Below, piece by piece: positions 22,076-33,206 of a stretch of DNA of 64,000 nucleotides (position 1 is its first letter; each line of letters begins with the position of its first letter). The notes beneath the pieces are model-generated. The model was not told the DNA's origin, searched no databases, and saw only the letters and a program-made list of their open reading frames with translations. This DNA comes from an uncultured Rickettsia sp. (GTDB taxonomy: Bacteria; Pseudomonadota; Alphaproteobacteria; Rickettsiales; JABSSG01). The stretch spans positions 64,962-128,961 of the forward strand of contig CAZEVK010000001.1 of NCBI GenBank assembly GCA_964515755.1, given 5' to 3'. A program made the translations under genes and the position numbers.

Positions 22076-22660
22076 TTATTTTTTATCAGATAACGTTAAA
22101 AATGTATGTCGTAATTGATCATCTTCAGAAAACACCCCTAAAAGATGATTAGTCCTAATTTTAACACCATTTTTATTTGCGCCACGACAAGACATACATT
22201 CATGTTCAGCAACTATAGAAACCGCAACACCCAAAGGCTTAAGACAAGAATTAATAGTATTAGCTATCTGAGCAGTAAGTCTTTCTTGAATTTGCAATCT
22301 CTTCGAGAAAATATCTACAATTCTTGCTATCTTACTTATACCAACTACCACATCATTAGGCATATAAGCCACATTAGCCACTCCTTTAAAAGGCAGAAGA
22401 TGATGCTCACAAAATGAAATAAAACTTATATCTTGCAATAAAACCATACCATTATAACCCTCAATATCGGTAAAAGTTTTATTGATAACTGCAATAGGGT
22501 CTTGATCATAGCCTACAAAACATTCTTTATAACTTTTTAAAACTCTTTTTGGTGTATCTAAAAGACCAGCTCTGCTAGGATCATCACCTAACCAACGAAT
22601 TAGAGTTCGTACTGCCTCTTCAGCTTGATCTTGCGTAGGTTTTATAATTTTGTTACCCAT
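22076..22660 (-). CDS. folE: GTP cyclohydrolase I
   Basis: FCEHHLLPF and SCRG motifs, 194 aa. Confidence 0.95.
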   Translation of the reverse strand: MGNKIIKPTQDQAEEAVRTLIRWLGDDPSRAGLLDTPKRVLKSYKECFVGYDQDPIAVINKTFTDIEGYNGMVLLQDISFISFCEHHLLPFKGVANVAYMPNDVVVGISKIARIVDIFSKRLQIQERLTAQIANTINSCLKPLGVAVSIVAEHECMSCRGANKNGVKIRTNHLLGVFSEDDQLRHTFLTLSDKK

Positions 22661-24010
22661 TTAGTTACTCGTTTTAAAGCATTTATAAAAAAACGCACTA
22701 TAGCATATATACACAAATAATAAACCACCAATTAATGCGAATAAGCCGCCAACACCCATAAAACCAAGCGCAGTAGTAGCTTTAGCTGACAATGCTTCAC
22801 CGGGAGTTTTTCTTAAAGCTCCATACCCTCCAGAAATTGCTAAGCCTACAATATGCATCATCTGCCCAACGCAATAAATATATGGAATTATTCTAACCAA
22901 TTTATTTTTAGAAAAATGAAAACTTAAACGAGTTAAATATAAATATATTAATCCCATCAATGAAATAGTAATACCAATGATTGAGCCATGATAATGTGCA
23001 GGAATTATAGTATTGCTTTCATTAATCCAAAAGCTAATTATCCCACCGCTAAAAAATAAAACCATCGATGAAATTAAAGCAGAATACTCAAAGCAATAAT
23101 AATCTAATTTACTGCTCTTAATCATTTTAAAGGTTAAATATACGGCAAGCACACTAGAAGAAATTCCTGCAAAATAGCGCATATGTGTAGTAAAAAATAA
23201 AGTATATTCTAAAGAAGCAATAGCAAGCTTGTTACTGATAATTAAGGGAGGTAAAACTAGTACCACATTTATAATTGCAGTAAAAATAAGCAGTTTATTT
23301 TGTACTAAATCTTTACCAGATATTCTGCCGTATAATACTATCCAAGCAAATTGCATAAGTTGAACATACATAAATTGTAATATATGCCCTCCTCCCCAAA
23401 ATAATTTCTCAAAATAATCTTGAACACCAAATACTAAAATATGATCAGTTTGCTGCAATTTATGATATGCCACATAAATACAAATGATTGCAGTCAAAGT
23501 AATCACAGCTGAAGTAAGCGCATAAAGGCAATGCTGGTCGAGGATTTTTTTTGTATTAACGATAAATCTATATAAAAAATGAATATTATTAATTATCACA
23601 GAACAAGTCAAAAACGATAGGCCTAAAGCGAAAGGAAAATTTTGTAAAATCGGAACATAATTATTCATAAAGGGCAATGCTTTATATAACGGCGATATTG
23701 TAATCATAGATGTTCCAAATAATGCCAAAACAAACATTATTAATGAGACATAATTATAAGAGTAAAAGTTTATTAAAGCTGATTGAACAGCAAAAAACCA
23801 TACTAAAACAGATAGATCAACATGAACAATGAGTGCAGAACGAAAAAAATCTTTATATGGAACAAAGTCATATAAAATAGGTGTACGCAATAATACTAAT
23901 ATAATTGAATATAATCCAGCAATTCCAACTGCTGAAATCGCTAGAAAAAACCAATAAGACGTGAGTTTATTACTTAGTATATTCATATCAAAAATTATAG
24001 AAGCTAACAA
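22661..24010 (-). CDS. Polytopic inner-membrane protein of unknown function with conserved histidines (heme-copper-oxidase-subunit-I-like pattern, tentative)
   Basis: About 12 or more hydrophobic helices. His-containing motifs are IVHVDLSVLVWF, WGGGHILQF, THMRY, PAHYHGS and MHIVG. Its stop codon directly abuts the folE ATG (TAAATG). The probable ATG start is at 23986 (MNILSNK). Confidence 0.55.
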   Translation of the reverse strand: MLASIIFDMNILSNKLTSYWFFLAISAVGIAGLYSIILVLLRTPILYDFVPYKDFFRSALIVHVDLSVLVWFFAVQSALINFYSYNYVSLIMFVLALFGTSMITISPLYKALPFMNNYVPILQNFPFALGLSFLTCSVIINNIHFLYRFIVNTKKILDQHCLYALTSAVITLTAIICIYVAYHKLQQTDHILVFGVQDYFEKLFWGGGHILQFMYVQLMQFAWIVLYGRISGKDLVQNKLLIFTAIINVVLVLPPLIISNKLAIASLEYTLFFTTHMRYFAGISSSVLAVYLTFKMIKSSKLDYYCFEYSALISSMVLFFSGGIISFWINESNTIIPAHYHGSIIGITISLMGLIYLYLTRLSFHFSKNKLVRIIPYIYCVGQMMHIVGLAISGGYGALRKTPGEALSAKATTALGFMGVGGLFALIGGLLFVYICYSAFFYKCFKTSN

Positions 24011-24290
24011 TTAAATAAATTCATACCATATTATACTAGCTTTGCCTATAGAATTAACATTTTCGAACCAGCCATTACTAAGCACTTCTATATCGAAAGA
24101 AAAATCCTTTGCCCTCTATGTGTTATAAGTGAATTCTTGCCTATACAGCAGTGATACCACAAACCAGCATCTCGTTAATTCTTACATATTATATTTATTT
24201 TGTACTAACTTGAACTATATTCACTTGAATATTTAGAAGTTATATGTTATATTACTAAGAGTGAATTTTATTCATAAATGAGGTGCTTTT

Positions 24291-25178
24291 ATGAAATTAG
24301 CCACAACTGCTATTTCTACATCCAGCGGCGGTTTAGCGCAATACTTACAAGAAATCAAAAAATATCCCTTACTCTCAGCGGAAGAAGAATATATTTTGGC
24401 TAGGTCTGTGGTAGAACATCAAGATATTAATGCTGCGCATCAACTTGTAACAAGTCATTTGAAGTTAGTAGTAAAAATTGCACTTTCCATGCGTGGTTAT
24501 GGAATCTCTTTAATGGATTTAATCTCAGAGGGTAACATTGGCTTAATGCATGCAGTTAAGAAATTTAATCCTGAGCTTGGTCATCGCCTCTCTACCTATG
24601 CAATGTGGTGGATTAAGGCTTCTATACAAGAGTATGTTATTAAATCTTGGTCTATGGTTAAGATCGGAACCACTATTGCACAAAAAAAATTATTTTTTAA
24701 TCTAAATAAACTTAAACAGAAAATTCGTAATTTCCATTCACGAAGTCATGATAATCTATCCAATGAAGACGTAGGCGTGATAGCAACTCAATTAAATGTT
24801 ACACATCAAGAAGTTAAAGAAATGGACAGTAGACTTTCCGGAAATGATTATTCTTTGGATAGTCCTATTCATAATGATGATGGTGATAGTACAACTATGA
24901 TTGATTTTATCCCTGAAAATAGAGCAAATCAAGAAGTAACCATGGCTCATTTTCAAGAAGAAAGCCTTAAGAAAAAATTATTCAATAAAGCTATGTTAAC
25001 ACTTAGCGAACGTGAACAATCTATTATATCAGCTCGTCATCTTCAAGATGATCCAGAGACACTTGATGTACTGAGCAAAAAATACAATATTTCGCGAGAA
25101 CGTATTCGTCAAATTGAAACTAGAGCGTTAGAAAAATTACAAGAATACGTTAAAACTAATTTCTTAAAGTTCGCTTAA
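24291..25178 (+). CDS. rpoH: Heat-shock sigma factor RpoH (sigma-32)
   Basis: RpoH box QEYVIKSWSMVKIGTTIAQKKLFFNL and region 4.2 [17 protein letters not shown]. Confidence 0.9.
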   Translation: MKLATTAISTSSGGLAQYLQEIKKYPLLSAEEEYILARSVVEHQDINAAHQLVTSHLKLVVKIALSMRGYGISLMDLISEGNIGLMHAVKKFNPELGHRLSTYAMWWIKASIQEYVIKSWSMVKIGTTIAQKKLFFNLNKLKQKIRNFHSRSHDNLSNEDVGVIATQLNVTHQEVKEMDSRLSGNDYSLDSPIHNDDGDSTTMIDFIPENRANQEVTMAHFQEESLKKKLFNKAMLTLSEREQSIISARHLQDDPETLDVLSKKYNISRERIRQIETRALEKLQEYVKTNFLKFA

Positions 25179-25195
25179 AGATAACAAAGAAGTAA

Positions 25196-26290
25196 TTATT
25201 CTTTGGCATGTAATATTAAAATCACTCCTAATGAAATAACTATAAGCGTTGATAAAATTGCTGCTAAATAGCTTGGTACTGAGCCATTAACACCCAGAAG
25301 AGTTACAACCTCATTAAAGAAAAACAGAATAAATCCACTACTTAAGCCATAAAAAATAATTCTTAAAGGAGATACAAAACGTATTGGTTTTAACGCAAAT
25401 GACGCGGCAATTAAAATCAGTCCGCACATTAAAAAAGGACGAGCCAACATTTTATAAAAATATGCCATGTGTTCTAAGGCAGAATATCCAGATGTCTTAA
25501 GTATTGAAATGAAATGCCATAGCCTCCAAATAGAAATAGTATCAGGATTAACAAAGCTATTTTTTAGATCATACTCTTTGAAAGATGTAGGTAGTTTTAT
25601 CAATGCTTCTTGCTTAGTCAATTTATGTACTTGAAAAATCGTACTATTACCTAATAACCACTCTCCATTTGAAAGAGTAGCTGTTTTTGCATCAATTCTC
25701 TCAAGGAAATTATAATCTTTATCTAACACAAGAAATGAAACATCAACCAATTGTGATTCCTTTGCATTAACGTATTTTGCATTAACAATCCTTTTTTGTT
25801 GCTCTGGAGACTCAAACTTATCAATAAACCACAAACCAGAGCCTGAAAAAGACAATATACTAGCAGCATCTCCAAAATAATATTTACTAATTATTTTGCG
25901 ATTATAGTCTGTTAGTGACGTTGATATAGGATTTAGCACTGTTATAAACAATGCACCAAAGATAAAAGTAACAGCTAAAAATGGAAATAAAAATTGCCAA
26001 ATTGAAACACCACTAGCTTTAATAACTGTATACTCATTGCTTTTAGAAATTTTTGTAAATGCTAAAATTGCTGAAATAAACATTAGAAAAGGTACTGTTT
26101 CATGCAATAAATCAGGAATTTTAAGAAAAGCAATTTTTGTAATTATGCCAAAACCAATATGTTTACCTACTGAGCTACTTAATAAATCAATGTAATTACC
26201 TATAAGCAAAGCAATAACAATTATTGCCAAAATAACAGCAATAGCCTTACAAAACTGCTTACAAAGATATAGAAATAAAATCTGATACAT
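25196..26290 (-). CDS. LptF/LptG-family LPS export permease
   Basis: 364 aa with YjgP/YjgQ architecture: three TM helices, a periplasmic beta-jellyroll region, then three TM helices. Confidence 0.8.
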   Translation of the reverse strand: MYQILFLYLCKQFCKAIAVILAIIVIALLIGNYIDLLSSSVGKHIGFGIITKIAFLKIPDLLHETVPFLMFISAILAFTKISKSNEYTVIKASGVSIWQFLFPFLAVTFIFGALFITVLNPISTSLTDYNRKIISKYYFGDAASILSFSGSGLWFIDKFESPEQQKRIVNAKYVNAKESQLVDVSFLVLDKDYNFLERIDAKTATLSNGEWLLGNSTIFQVHKLTKQEALIKLPTSFKEYDLKNSFVNPDTISIWRLWHFISILKTSGYSALEHMAYFYKMLARPFLMCGLILIAASFALKPIRFVSPLRIIFYGLSSGFILFFFNEVVTLLGVNGSVPSYLAAILSTLIVISLGVILILHAKE

Positions 26291-26301
26291 AATAATATAA
26301 A

Positions 26302-26378
26302 TGGTGGGCCTGGTAGGACTTGAACCTACGACATATCCGTTATGAGCGGAGTGTTCTAACCAACTGAACTACAGGCCC
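26302..26378 (-). tRNA. tRNA with CAT anticodon (elongator tRNA-Met, or tRNA-Ile2 if C34 is lysidinylated)
   Basis: Reverse complement GGGCCTGTAGTTCAGTTGGTTAGAACACTCCGCTCATAACGGATATGTCGTAGGTTCAAGTCCTACCAGGCCCACCA folds as a 77-nt cloverleaf with a 7-bp acceptor stem, D stem GTTC/GAAC, anticodon loop CTCATAA, T stem GTAGG/CCTAC, loop TTCAAGT and an encoded CCA. The G1-C72 pair argues against initiator identity. Confidence 0.85.
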
Positions 26379-26652
26379 GGTTTTATGCTCAAACATTTAT
26401 AATCAGTATATGTAAATATGTCTACAATAAATTTAAATTATAGAAAAATGTCAGACATGAATAACTAAAGCTATTAAAATAGCATAAGGAAATATTAGTA
26501 ATACATAACAATAATTAACTTTAAAAAGAAATTGCCACTTAATTATTAAAAATTTTTATAAAAACTAAATAAATTATGCTGAAACATAATATAACAATCT
26601 CTTACCTAACGATAAAACCTCCCTACGCAGCATGATTACCACTAGTCTTGGC

Positions 26653-27288
26653 TTACTTTCTAGTCAGCATTAAAACTCTGGGGCTTTTTATATAAAATGG
26701 ATTGATATTATCTTGTTCATTAACCGATAGAATTTTGTTATATGCCCTGTTAAGAACTGTTTCTGCGTTAATGTTTACTATTTTATACTCACCATCATAT
26801 GGCAGCTGGCAATTGCTAATTATTATCGCTTTAGAGTTAGATGAAAATATTTGCATTAACTCAGATATATCACAATTTTTTGATTCTGAAATAGCATCTA
26901 AATTCTGACTAAAAACCTGTACGTAGTACTCTTCTTGACCAGCTTCTAAAACTGCAATTCTATTAAAATTATTTTTTGCTTGGCTTGCTAATAATTCTAA
27001 ACTAGTAACACCAATCAGTTTTATATTAGATAAAACAAGCTTCAAACCTTTAGCTGCAGCTACACCAATACGTACACCCGTAAAACTTCCAGGACCTATA
27101 TTAACTGCAATAGCAGTAAGATCAGCAAAAGTAATTTTTTGGTCTTCAAGAATTTGATTAATAAGAGAAAATAACTCTTCGCTTTGTTTTGATATTTCTT
27201 GCGATTGCAAAAAAGCTACTTGCTCATTATCAACACCAAGTGCAACTGAGCATTGCCTAAATGCAGTATCAATTGCTAAAATTCTCAT
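26653..27288 (-). CDS. tsaB: tRNA t6A biosynthesis protein TsaB (YeaZ)
   Basis: MRILAIDTA.. N-terminus and GPGSFTGVRIGVAAAKGL motif. Confidence 0.85.
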   Translation of the reverse strand: MRILAIDTAFRQCSVALGVDNEQVAFLQSQEISKQSEELFSLINQILEDQKITFADLTAIAVNIGPGSFTGVRIGVAAAKGLKLVLSNIKLIGVTSLELLASQAKNNFNRIAVLEAGQEEYYVQVFSQNLDAISESKNCDISELMQIFSSNSKAIIISNCQLPYDGEYKIVNINAETVLNRAYNKILSVNEQDNINPFYIKSPRVLMLTRK

Positions 27289-28187
27289 ATTATTAAATTA
27301 CTTAATTGTTTGGCCATTAATTCTGCAATTGTTATAACTTGAATTTTTTTACTTAAACTACTACCCAATTTACAAATACTATCCGAAATATATAAAGACT
27401 TAAGTTCAGAATTATCTATACGATCACTTGCATCTATAGATAGAACACCATGAGTAATATATGCATGTACTTCTTTAGCTCCATTTGCCATTAAAATATC
27501 AGCAGCACTGCATAAAGTACCAGCTGTATCAACAATATCATCTATGATACAACAAACCTTCCCGCTAACATCACCAATAATACTTTTAGCTTCACACTGA
27601 CCAGCTTTGTAACGCTTTTTATTGATAGTAACAAAATCTGCATTCAAATATTCACTAATCTTTTTAGCGCGCATTTCCCCTCCTAAGTCTGGAGAAACAA
27701 TAGATACATTAGAAGAGTGTTTAGATTTAATAAGCTCAGCAAATATCTCAGTAACATAAAGGTTAATCACAGGAATTTGAAAAAATTCTTTTATGTGATG
27801 AGAATGTAAATCAACAGTAATAACGTTACTAATTCCAACAGCCTCAATAAGCATTGCTACACAACTTGCTGAAATCGGGCCATTGCTATCAACTATTTTA
27901 TCCTGACGTCCATAACCATAATAAGGAATAACCGCGGTTATTTTTTTTGCATTGGCCCTCCTGGCAGTATCTGCAATAAATAGTAACTCTATCAATCTAT
28001 CATTTACAGGACAAGAAGTTGATTGAATAATAAATATATCTTGATCAGTTAAATCATCTTTAATAACAATGCTAATTTCTTTATCGTTAAATTGACTCAT
28101 CTCACAATAAGTTAAAGGCAGTTTCAAAATTTTTGCTATGGAATCAGCTAAGACTATATTACTTGTTCCTGCAATTAATTTAGTCAT
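27285..28187 (-). CDS. prs: Ribose-phosphate pyrophosphokinase
   Basis: YYGYGRQD, DLHS and the PRPP-binding loop IIDDIVDTAGT. Confidence 0.95.
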   Translation of the reverse strand: MTKLIAGTSNIVLADSIAKILKLPLTYCEMSQFNDKEISIVIKDDLTDQDIFIIQSTSCPVNDRLIELLFIADTARRANAKKITAVIPYYGYGRQDKIVDSNGPISASCVAMLIEAVGISNVITVDLHSHHIKEFFQIPVINLYVTEIFAELIKSKHSSNVSIVSPDLGGEMRAKKISEYLNADFVTINKKRYKAGQCEAKSIIGDVSGKVCCIIDDIVDTAGTLCSAADILMANGAKEVHAYITHGVLSIDASDRIDNSELKSLYISDSICKLGSSLSKKIQVITIAELMAKQLSNLII

Positions 28188-28758
28188 TACTTGATCCTAT
28201 GAAACGATAAATTTTTAGTAGAGCATGGCCATACGGCCTGCTAAACAATTCTTCGAAATTATAATCTGGATTATATTGATCTTTAAAATGCGTTTCAATA
28301 ACAATGATTGCATCTTTCTCTAACCACCCTTTTTTTACCAAACTGTTTAGAGTTGGATCTACAAGTTTTTGGTTAAAAGGAGGATCAATAAAAGCAATTT
28401 TACATTTAACTTTAGCATGTGGCAAATTAGTAGCATCACCTTTAATCACAGTCACTTGTTCACTCAATCCAAATTTTTCAATGTTAAGATTAAGCATTTG
28501 AAAATGCTTAATGTCCTTTTCTATCAAAATACTATATTTTGCACCTCGTGATATAGCCTCAAATGTCAGCGCTCCAGTTCCTGCAAAAAGATCGATAGTT
28601 ACTGCATCTTTTAAAATTGACTCGCTATTTTCTACAAAAGAACCATTTGAAAGTATATTAAAGATCGCCTCTTTTACTATAGCTGTAGTTGGACGATAAT
28701 CACACTTATTATCCGTCACTATTTTATATCCTTTCAATTTTCCTGCTATTATTTGCAT
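28180..28758 (-). CDS. rsmD: 16S rRNA (guanine966-N2)-methyltransferase RsmD
   Basis: RPTTAIVKEAIFNIL, DLFAGTGALTFEAISRGA and IDPPF motifs. Confidence 0.85.
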   Translation of the reverse strand: MQIIAGKLKGYKIVTDNKCDYRPTTAIVKEAIFNILSNGSFVENSESILKDAVTIDLFAGTGALTFEAISRGAKYSILIEKDIKHFQMLNLNIEKFGLSEQVTVIKGDATNLPHAKVKCKIAFIDPPFNQKLVDPTLNSLVKKGWLEKDAIIVIETHFKDQYNPDYNFEELFSRPYGHALLKIYRFIGSSND

Positions 28759-29456
28759 TGCTCTAAAAATTTTTTATTAATTTCTACTTCTTGAACCTCA
28801 CCAACTTGTAAATCACCTAACTCATATGGTCCAAATCCAACTCTAATCAGCCGATTTACTTTTAAGCGACAATAGTCAAAAACTTTCCTAATTTCACGGT
28901 TTTTGCCTTCAAAAATAGTTACCTCAAACCATGAATTCATTCCTGTACCTTGTAGAAATTTTACAAGAATCTTGCCATAATTAAAACCATCTATCTCTAT
29001 ACCTTGAGCAAGAGAAGCAAGTTGTTTCATATCCGGCTTACCAAATGCACGAACTTCGTATCGTCGTTGCAATTTATTTTTAGGCAATTCAAAAAATCTC
29101 GCGAGATTACCACTATTAGTCAAAAGTAATAATCCCTCTGAATTCAAATCTAATCTACCAACCGAAATTACGTTTGGCATTCCTTTGGGTAAATTATCAA
29201 ATATAGTAGGACGCCCCCACATATCGCGATGTGAAGTTATTAAACCTACAGGTTTATAATAAATCCATAATCTTGATTTTGGAGTTTTATCTAATTCTTG
29301 ATTATCAATTTCTATCTTATCCTTTTCACTAACACTAGTAGCAGGTGAAACAATCACTTCACCGTTAACCTTAACTCTACCAGAAAAGATGTACTCCTCA
29401 GCTTTCCTCCTTGAACAAAATCCTGAACTACTGATTCTTTTATTAAGTCTAATCAC
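28749..29456 (-). CDS. RsuA/RluB-family pseudouridine synthase (S4 domain plus catalytic domain)
   Basis: S4 N-terminus (RLNKRISSSGFCSRRKAEEYI..GRVKVNG) and catalytic GRLDLNSEGLLLLTN. Confidence 0.85.
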   Translation of the reverse strand: MIRLNKRISSSGFCSRRKAEEYIFSGRVKVNGEVIVSPATSVSEKDKIEIDNQELDKTPKSRLWIYYKPVGLITSHRDMWGRPTIFDNLPKGMPNVISVGRLDLNSEGLLLLTNSGNLARFFELPKNKLQRRYEVRAFGKPDMKQLASLAQGIEIDGFNYGKILVKFLQGTGMNSWFEVTIFEGKNREIRKVFDYCRLKVNRLIRVGFGPYELGDLQVGEVQEVEINKKFLEQCK

Positions 29457-29461
29457 AATAT

Positions 29462-30199
29462 TTAACGCAAAGTATGAAATGAAGCAGCAGCTTTAACAAA
29501 AGCCTGTATAATTTTGGTATCATTTTCATTATGACAATATTCAGGATGCCATTCTACACCCAGGCAAAATGTATGAAATTTATGTTCTATACATTCAATA
29601 ATTCCATCAGGTGCAACGGCACTAATCACTAAATCTTTCCCAAGTTTTCCGATCGCCTGACGATGATGAGAATTAACTTTATAGTTTTTCTTTTTAATTA
29701 TTCTATGCAACAATGTATCTTCAAAAATACTTATATCGTGATAATCATCAGCTTGATCACCAGAATGCCGATGGATACTCTCGCCCTTAACTACATCAGG
29801 AATATATTGAATAAGTGTTCCTCCTAACATCACATTTAGCAATTGTTGACCAGCACAGATAGCCAATATCGGCATAGTAATATCTATCGCTTTTTGCATT
29901 AATCTTTCTTCGAATACTTCACGTACACCAGTAGAAACATGCGTGTTAGAATGAAGCTTTTCACCATATTTTTTAGGATTAATATCATAGTCACTACCAG
30001 GCAATAACAATCCATCACATATGTCTAAATAATAATCTATATCCCGATCAATATACGGAAGCATTATCGGAATCCCTCCATTATCGGCAATAGATTGTGC
30101 GTAGTTGATCCTTAACGCATACCAAGGACGATCTGAGTAACCACCTTGGTCAGTCCGACGTTCATTATAATCTAATAAAATGCCTATAGTTGGCTTCAT
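29462..30199 (-). CDS. Class-I glutamine amidotransferase-like hydrolase (peptidase C26 / gamma-glutamyl-GABA hydrolase family)
   Basis: Nucleophile elbow LAICAGQQLLN and GVEWHPE motif. Confidence 0.8.
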   Translation of the reverse strand: MKPTIGILLDYNERRTDQGGYSDRPWYALRINYAQSIADNGGIPIMLPYIDRDIDYYLDICDGLLLPGSDYDINPKKYGEKLHSNTHVSTGVREVFEERLMQKAIDITMPILAICAGQQLLNVMLGGTLIQYIPDVVKGESIHRHSGDQADDYHDISIFEDTLLHRIIKKKNYKVNSHHRQAIGKLGKDLVISAVAPDGIIECIEHKFHTFCLGVEWHPEYCHNENDTKIIQAFVKAAASFHTLR

Positions 30200-30201
30200 T
30201 C

Positions 30202-30711
30202 TTATACCTTGCCGATTGGCAAATATTTACAAGTGAACTCAAATGGTACTACTTGGTCCGTTTTTTCAAGGTGAATATATAATTTTTTTGCTCCAACTAT
30301 ATTATTAACACAAAAACAATTTTCTACTTCAAACTGATAATCTCGATGATGAGACACCCAATCCAAAATCTGTCTAAGTGCTTTTACTTTTGCTTTCGAG
30401 TCATTACGTGCAACAACAAACACATCTTTGTGGAGCTCGGTAAATTTTTTAGGATCATATCCACCCAAATTTACAAAATATAACTTTTCATCATATTCTG
30501 CAGGATAATCTTTCAAGCTAATGTTATGACCATCGGCACTAGTTAATTCACCCCAGCAGTCTAAATGAAGGCTTTCAGGAACACCCCACCATTCAGCTCG
30601 AAGAGTGTCATAAGCATCTTCTATTTTTTCTGCAATAACAAAACGCATGTCATGTACTTCAATTAATGAAGTCTCAGTTTTACCTCCAATATATATAGCA
30701 AATAATTTCAT
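30202..30711 (-). CDS. DUF1543-like protein (two repeats)
   Basis: Two copies of a pattern resembling DUF1543 as I recall it: KLFAIYIGGK..LIEVHDMRFVIA..HLDCW and KLYFVNLGGYD..FTELHKDVFVVA. Start taken at MKLFAIY; the track ORF extends to 30735. Confidence 0.55.
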   Translation of the reverse strand: MKLFAIYIGGKTETSLIEVHDMRFVIAEKIEDAYDTLRAEWWGVPESLHLDCWGELTSADGHNISLKDYPAEYDEKLYFVNLGGYDPKKFTELHKDVFVVARNDSKAKVKALRQILDWVSHHRDYQFEVENCFCVNNIVGAKKLYIHLEKTDQVVPFEFTCKYLPIGKV

Positions 30712-30712
30712 T

Positions 30713-33001
30713 CTAATCCTCCGAAGCAGCAGCAATAGCTGCCATATTAATTAACTCTGATACAGAGGCTTCAACATGCACAATTTGCACTGACTTAGCA
30801 AGACCAACAATAATTGGACCAATAAACGCCCCTCCACCTAATTCCTGTAATAATTTAGATGAAATATTGGCTACGTGTAATGATGGCATAATCAAAACAT
30901 TAGCAGATTTAGTTAAACGACAAAATGGGTATAAAGCACGTATGTGATCATTTAGTGCAACGTCAGCTGTCATTTCACCATCATATTCAAAATCTATATC
31001 TTTTCTTTTGTCTAAAATTTCAATCGCACGTCTCATATTTAAAGTACGCTCATATTCAGTGGAGACGCTACCGAAGTTTGAAAATGATAAAAATGCAACT
31101 CTTGGCTTATGACCATGTTCTCTAGCTAGATTGGCACTTTGGATTGCAATCCTTGCTAATTGCTCATCCGTTGGCTTAATATGCACCGCGGAATCTGCCA
31201 CTAAAATACTTCTACCGGAAGCTATGATTATTGATAATCCAAATACTTCACAATCTTTCTTACAATCCACAACTCTTAAGATATCATCTAAAGTCGACAT
31301 ATAGTTACGAGTATGACCAGCAACTAAAGCATCGCCATCACCATATTCTAACATACAAGCAGAGAAAATGTTACGATCACTTTTTACCAGCCTCACGCAG
31401 TCTCGATACAGCATACCTTTACGTTGATTTTTTTTGTATAAAAATTCTATGTATTTATCCACTTTAGTAGAAACAGCTGCATTGGCAATTTCGATTCCCT
31501 CAAAAGTTTCTTCACTACCAAATGTTTCAAATATCTCCTTAATCTTTTTTTCTCTACCAACTAAAATAGGCTTACCTAACTCATTATCGCGTATCGAAAG
31601 CGCTGCTTTAATCACTTCTTCCTGCTCACCATCAGCAAAAATAATGCGTTTTTGATTTACCCTAGCTTTTTCAAAAATCATATTTAAAGTGCTGGCAGTA
31701 GGATTAAGGCGTGATTGTAACGTACGTTTATATGCTGCAAAATCTGTAATCGGTTTTTTTGCTACACCAGTTGCTGCTGCAGCCTTAGCTACTGCAGTTG
31801 ATATAGCAACTATTAAACGCGAATCAAAAGGCACAGGAATTATATACTCCGGACCAAACGCTAATTTTTTACCAGAATAAGCTGCTGATACTTCACTTGG
31901 TACCGATTCACGTGCTAACTCTGCGATTGCTTGCGCAGCCGCGAGCTTCATCTCATTATTAATAGTAGAAGCACGAACATCTAACGCACCCCTAAAAATA
32001 TAAGGAAATCCCATAACGTTATTAACTTGATTATTATAATCAGAACGACCAGTAGCAATAATAGCATCTTTTCGTATTTCTAACACTTCTTCTGGAGTAA
32101 TCTCAGGATCAGGATTTGCCATTGCAAAGATAATTGGATTAGCAGCCATAGTTTTAACCATTTCTTTAGTTAAAGCACCTTTGACAGAGAGACCCAAAAA
32201 CACGTCAGCACCAACCATTGCTTCAGCAAGGGTTCTAGCTTTTGTTTCAACCATATGAACTTCTTTCCACTTGTTCATACCTTCAGTGCGACCTTTATAG
32301 ATTACACCTTTCGTATCACACAAAATGACATTATCTTTTTTTATTCCCATTAACTGAATAAGCTCAACGCAAGCAATAGAAGCTGCTCCAGCCCCATTAA
32401 CAACAACTTTTATATCAGAAAATTTACGTTCAGTTAAACGTGCAGCATTTATTAAGCCTGCTAAAGTAATAACTGCTGTTCCATGTTGATCATCATGAAA
32501 CACAGGTATATCCATCAATTCTTTAAGTCTATTTTCAATTTCAAAGCACTCCGGTGCTTTGATGTCTTCTAGGTTAATGCCACCAAAACTTGGTCCAAGA
32601 TAGCGCACAGCATTAATGAACGCTTCTGGATCTTTGGTATCAATCTCCAAATCAATTGAATCTATATCAGCAAAACGCTTAAACAGCACTGATTTTCCTT
32701 CCATAACAGGCTTAGAAGCTAAAGCCCCTAAATCACCAAGACCTAAAACAGCAGTACCATTAGAAATAACTGCAACAAAATTTCCTTTAGAAGTATAATC
32801 ATAAGCCGCACTTGGATCTTCTTGAATTTTTAAACACGGATAAGCAACTCCTGGAGAATAAGCTAAAGATAAATCTCTTTGAGTTAATAATGGCTTGGTT
32901 GCAGCAATACTGATTTTGCCAGGAGAACCTTGCGTATGATACTCCAATGCATCATGCATTGTGATTTTTTCACCTTCTTTTTTTGGATCTTTGTCTATCA
33001 T
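30713..33001 (-). CDS. maeB: NADP-dependent malic enzyme with C-terminal phosphotransacetylase-like domain
   Basis: 762 aa; malic-enzyme motifs ([30 protein letters not shown]) plus a PTA-like C-terminal half. Confidence 0.95.
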   Translation of the reverse strand: MIDKDPKKEGEKITMHDALEYHTQGSPGKISIAATKPLLTQRDLSLAYSPGVAYPCLKIQEDPSAAYDYTSKGNFVAVISNGTAVLGLGDLGALASKPVMEGKSVLFKRFADIDSIDLEIDTKDPEAFINAVRYLGPSFGGINLEDIKAPECFEIENRLKELMDIPVFHDDQHGTAVITLAGLINAARLTERKFSDIKVVVNGAGAASIACVELIQLMGIKKDNVILCDTKGVIYKGRTEGMNKWKEVHMVETKARTLAEAMVGADVFLGLSVKGALTKEMVKTMAANPIIFAMANPDPEITPEEVLEIRKDAIIATGRSDYNNQVNNVMGFPYIFRGALDVRASTINNEMKLAAAQAIAELARESVPSEVSAAYSGKKLAFGPEYIIPVPFDSRLIVAISTAVAKAAAATGVAKKPITDFAAYKRTLQSRLNPTASTLNMIFEKARVNQKRIIFADGEQEEVIKAALSIRDNELGKPILVGREKKIKEIFETFGSEETFEGIEIANAAVSTKVDKYIEFLYKKNQRKGMLYRDCVRLVKSDRNIFSACMLEYGDGDALVAGHTRNYMSTLDDILRVVDCKKDCEVFGLSIIIASGRSILVADSAVHIKPTDEQLARIAIQSANLAREHGHKPRVAFLSFSNFGSVSTEYERTLNMRRAIEILDKRKDIDFEYDGEMTADVALNDHIRALYPFCRLTKSANVLIMPSLHVANISSKLLQELGGGAFIGPIIVGLAKSVQIVHVEASVSELINMAAIAAASED

Positions 33002-33206
33002 AACTTGTAACCTTAGTTTTAATTAATTCGCAAATCATAAATGATAGTCAGGAAAAAGTAAATTATTACTATTAGTAATTTTAGGAAGTACCTAGATTCT
33101 AAGTAATATTGAACTTAAATAAACATAGACATAATTGCTCTTTGTACTAGACTTAAAGTACAAGATATTTAATCTAACTTTTATAGAATATAATTAGGTA
33201 TTTATT

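Noticed and set aside
24225-24253. TTGAAT-17-TATATT promoter-like match upstream of rpoH
   Set aside because: It is plausible, but hexamers of this quality are abundant in AT-rich intergenic DNA. A duplicated ACTTGAA just upstream also gives alternative registers. I did not think it strong enough to list as a feature.
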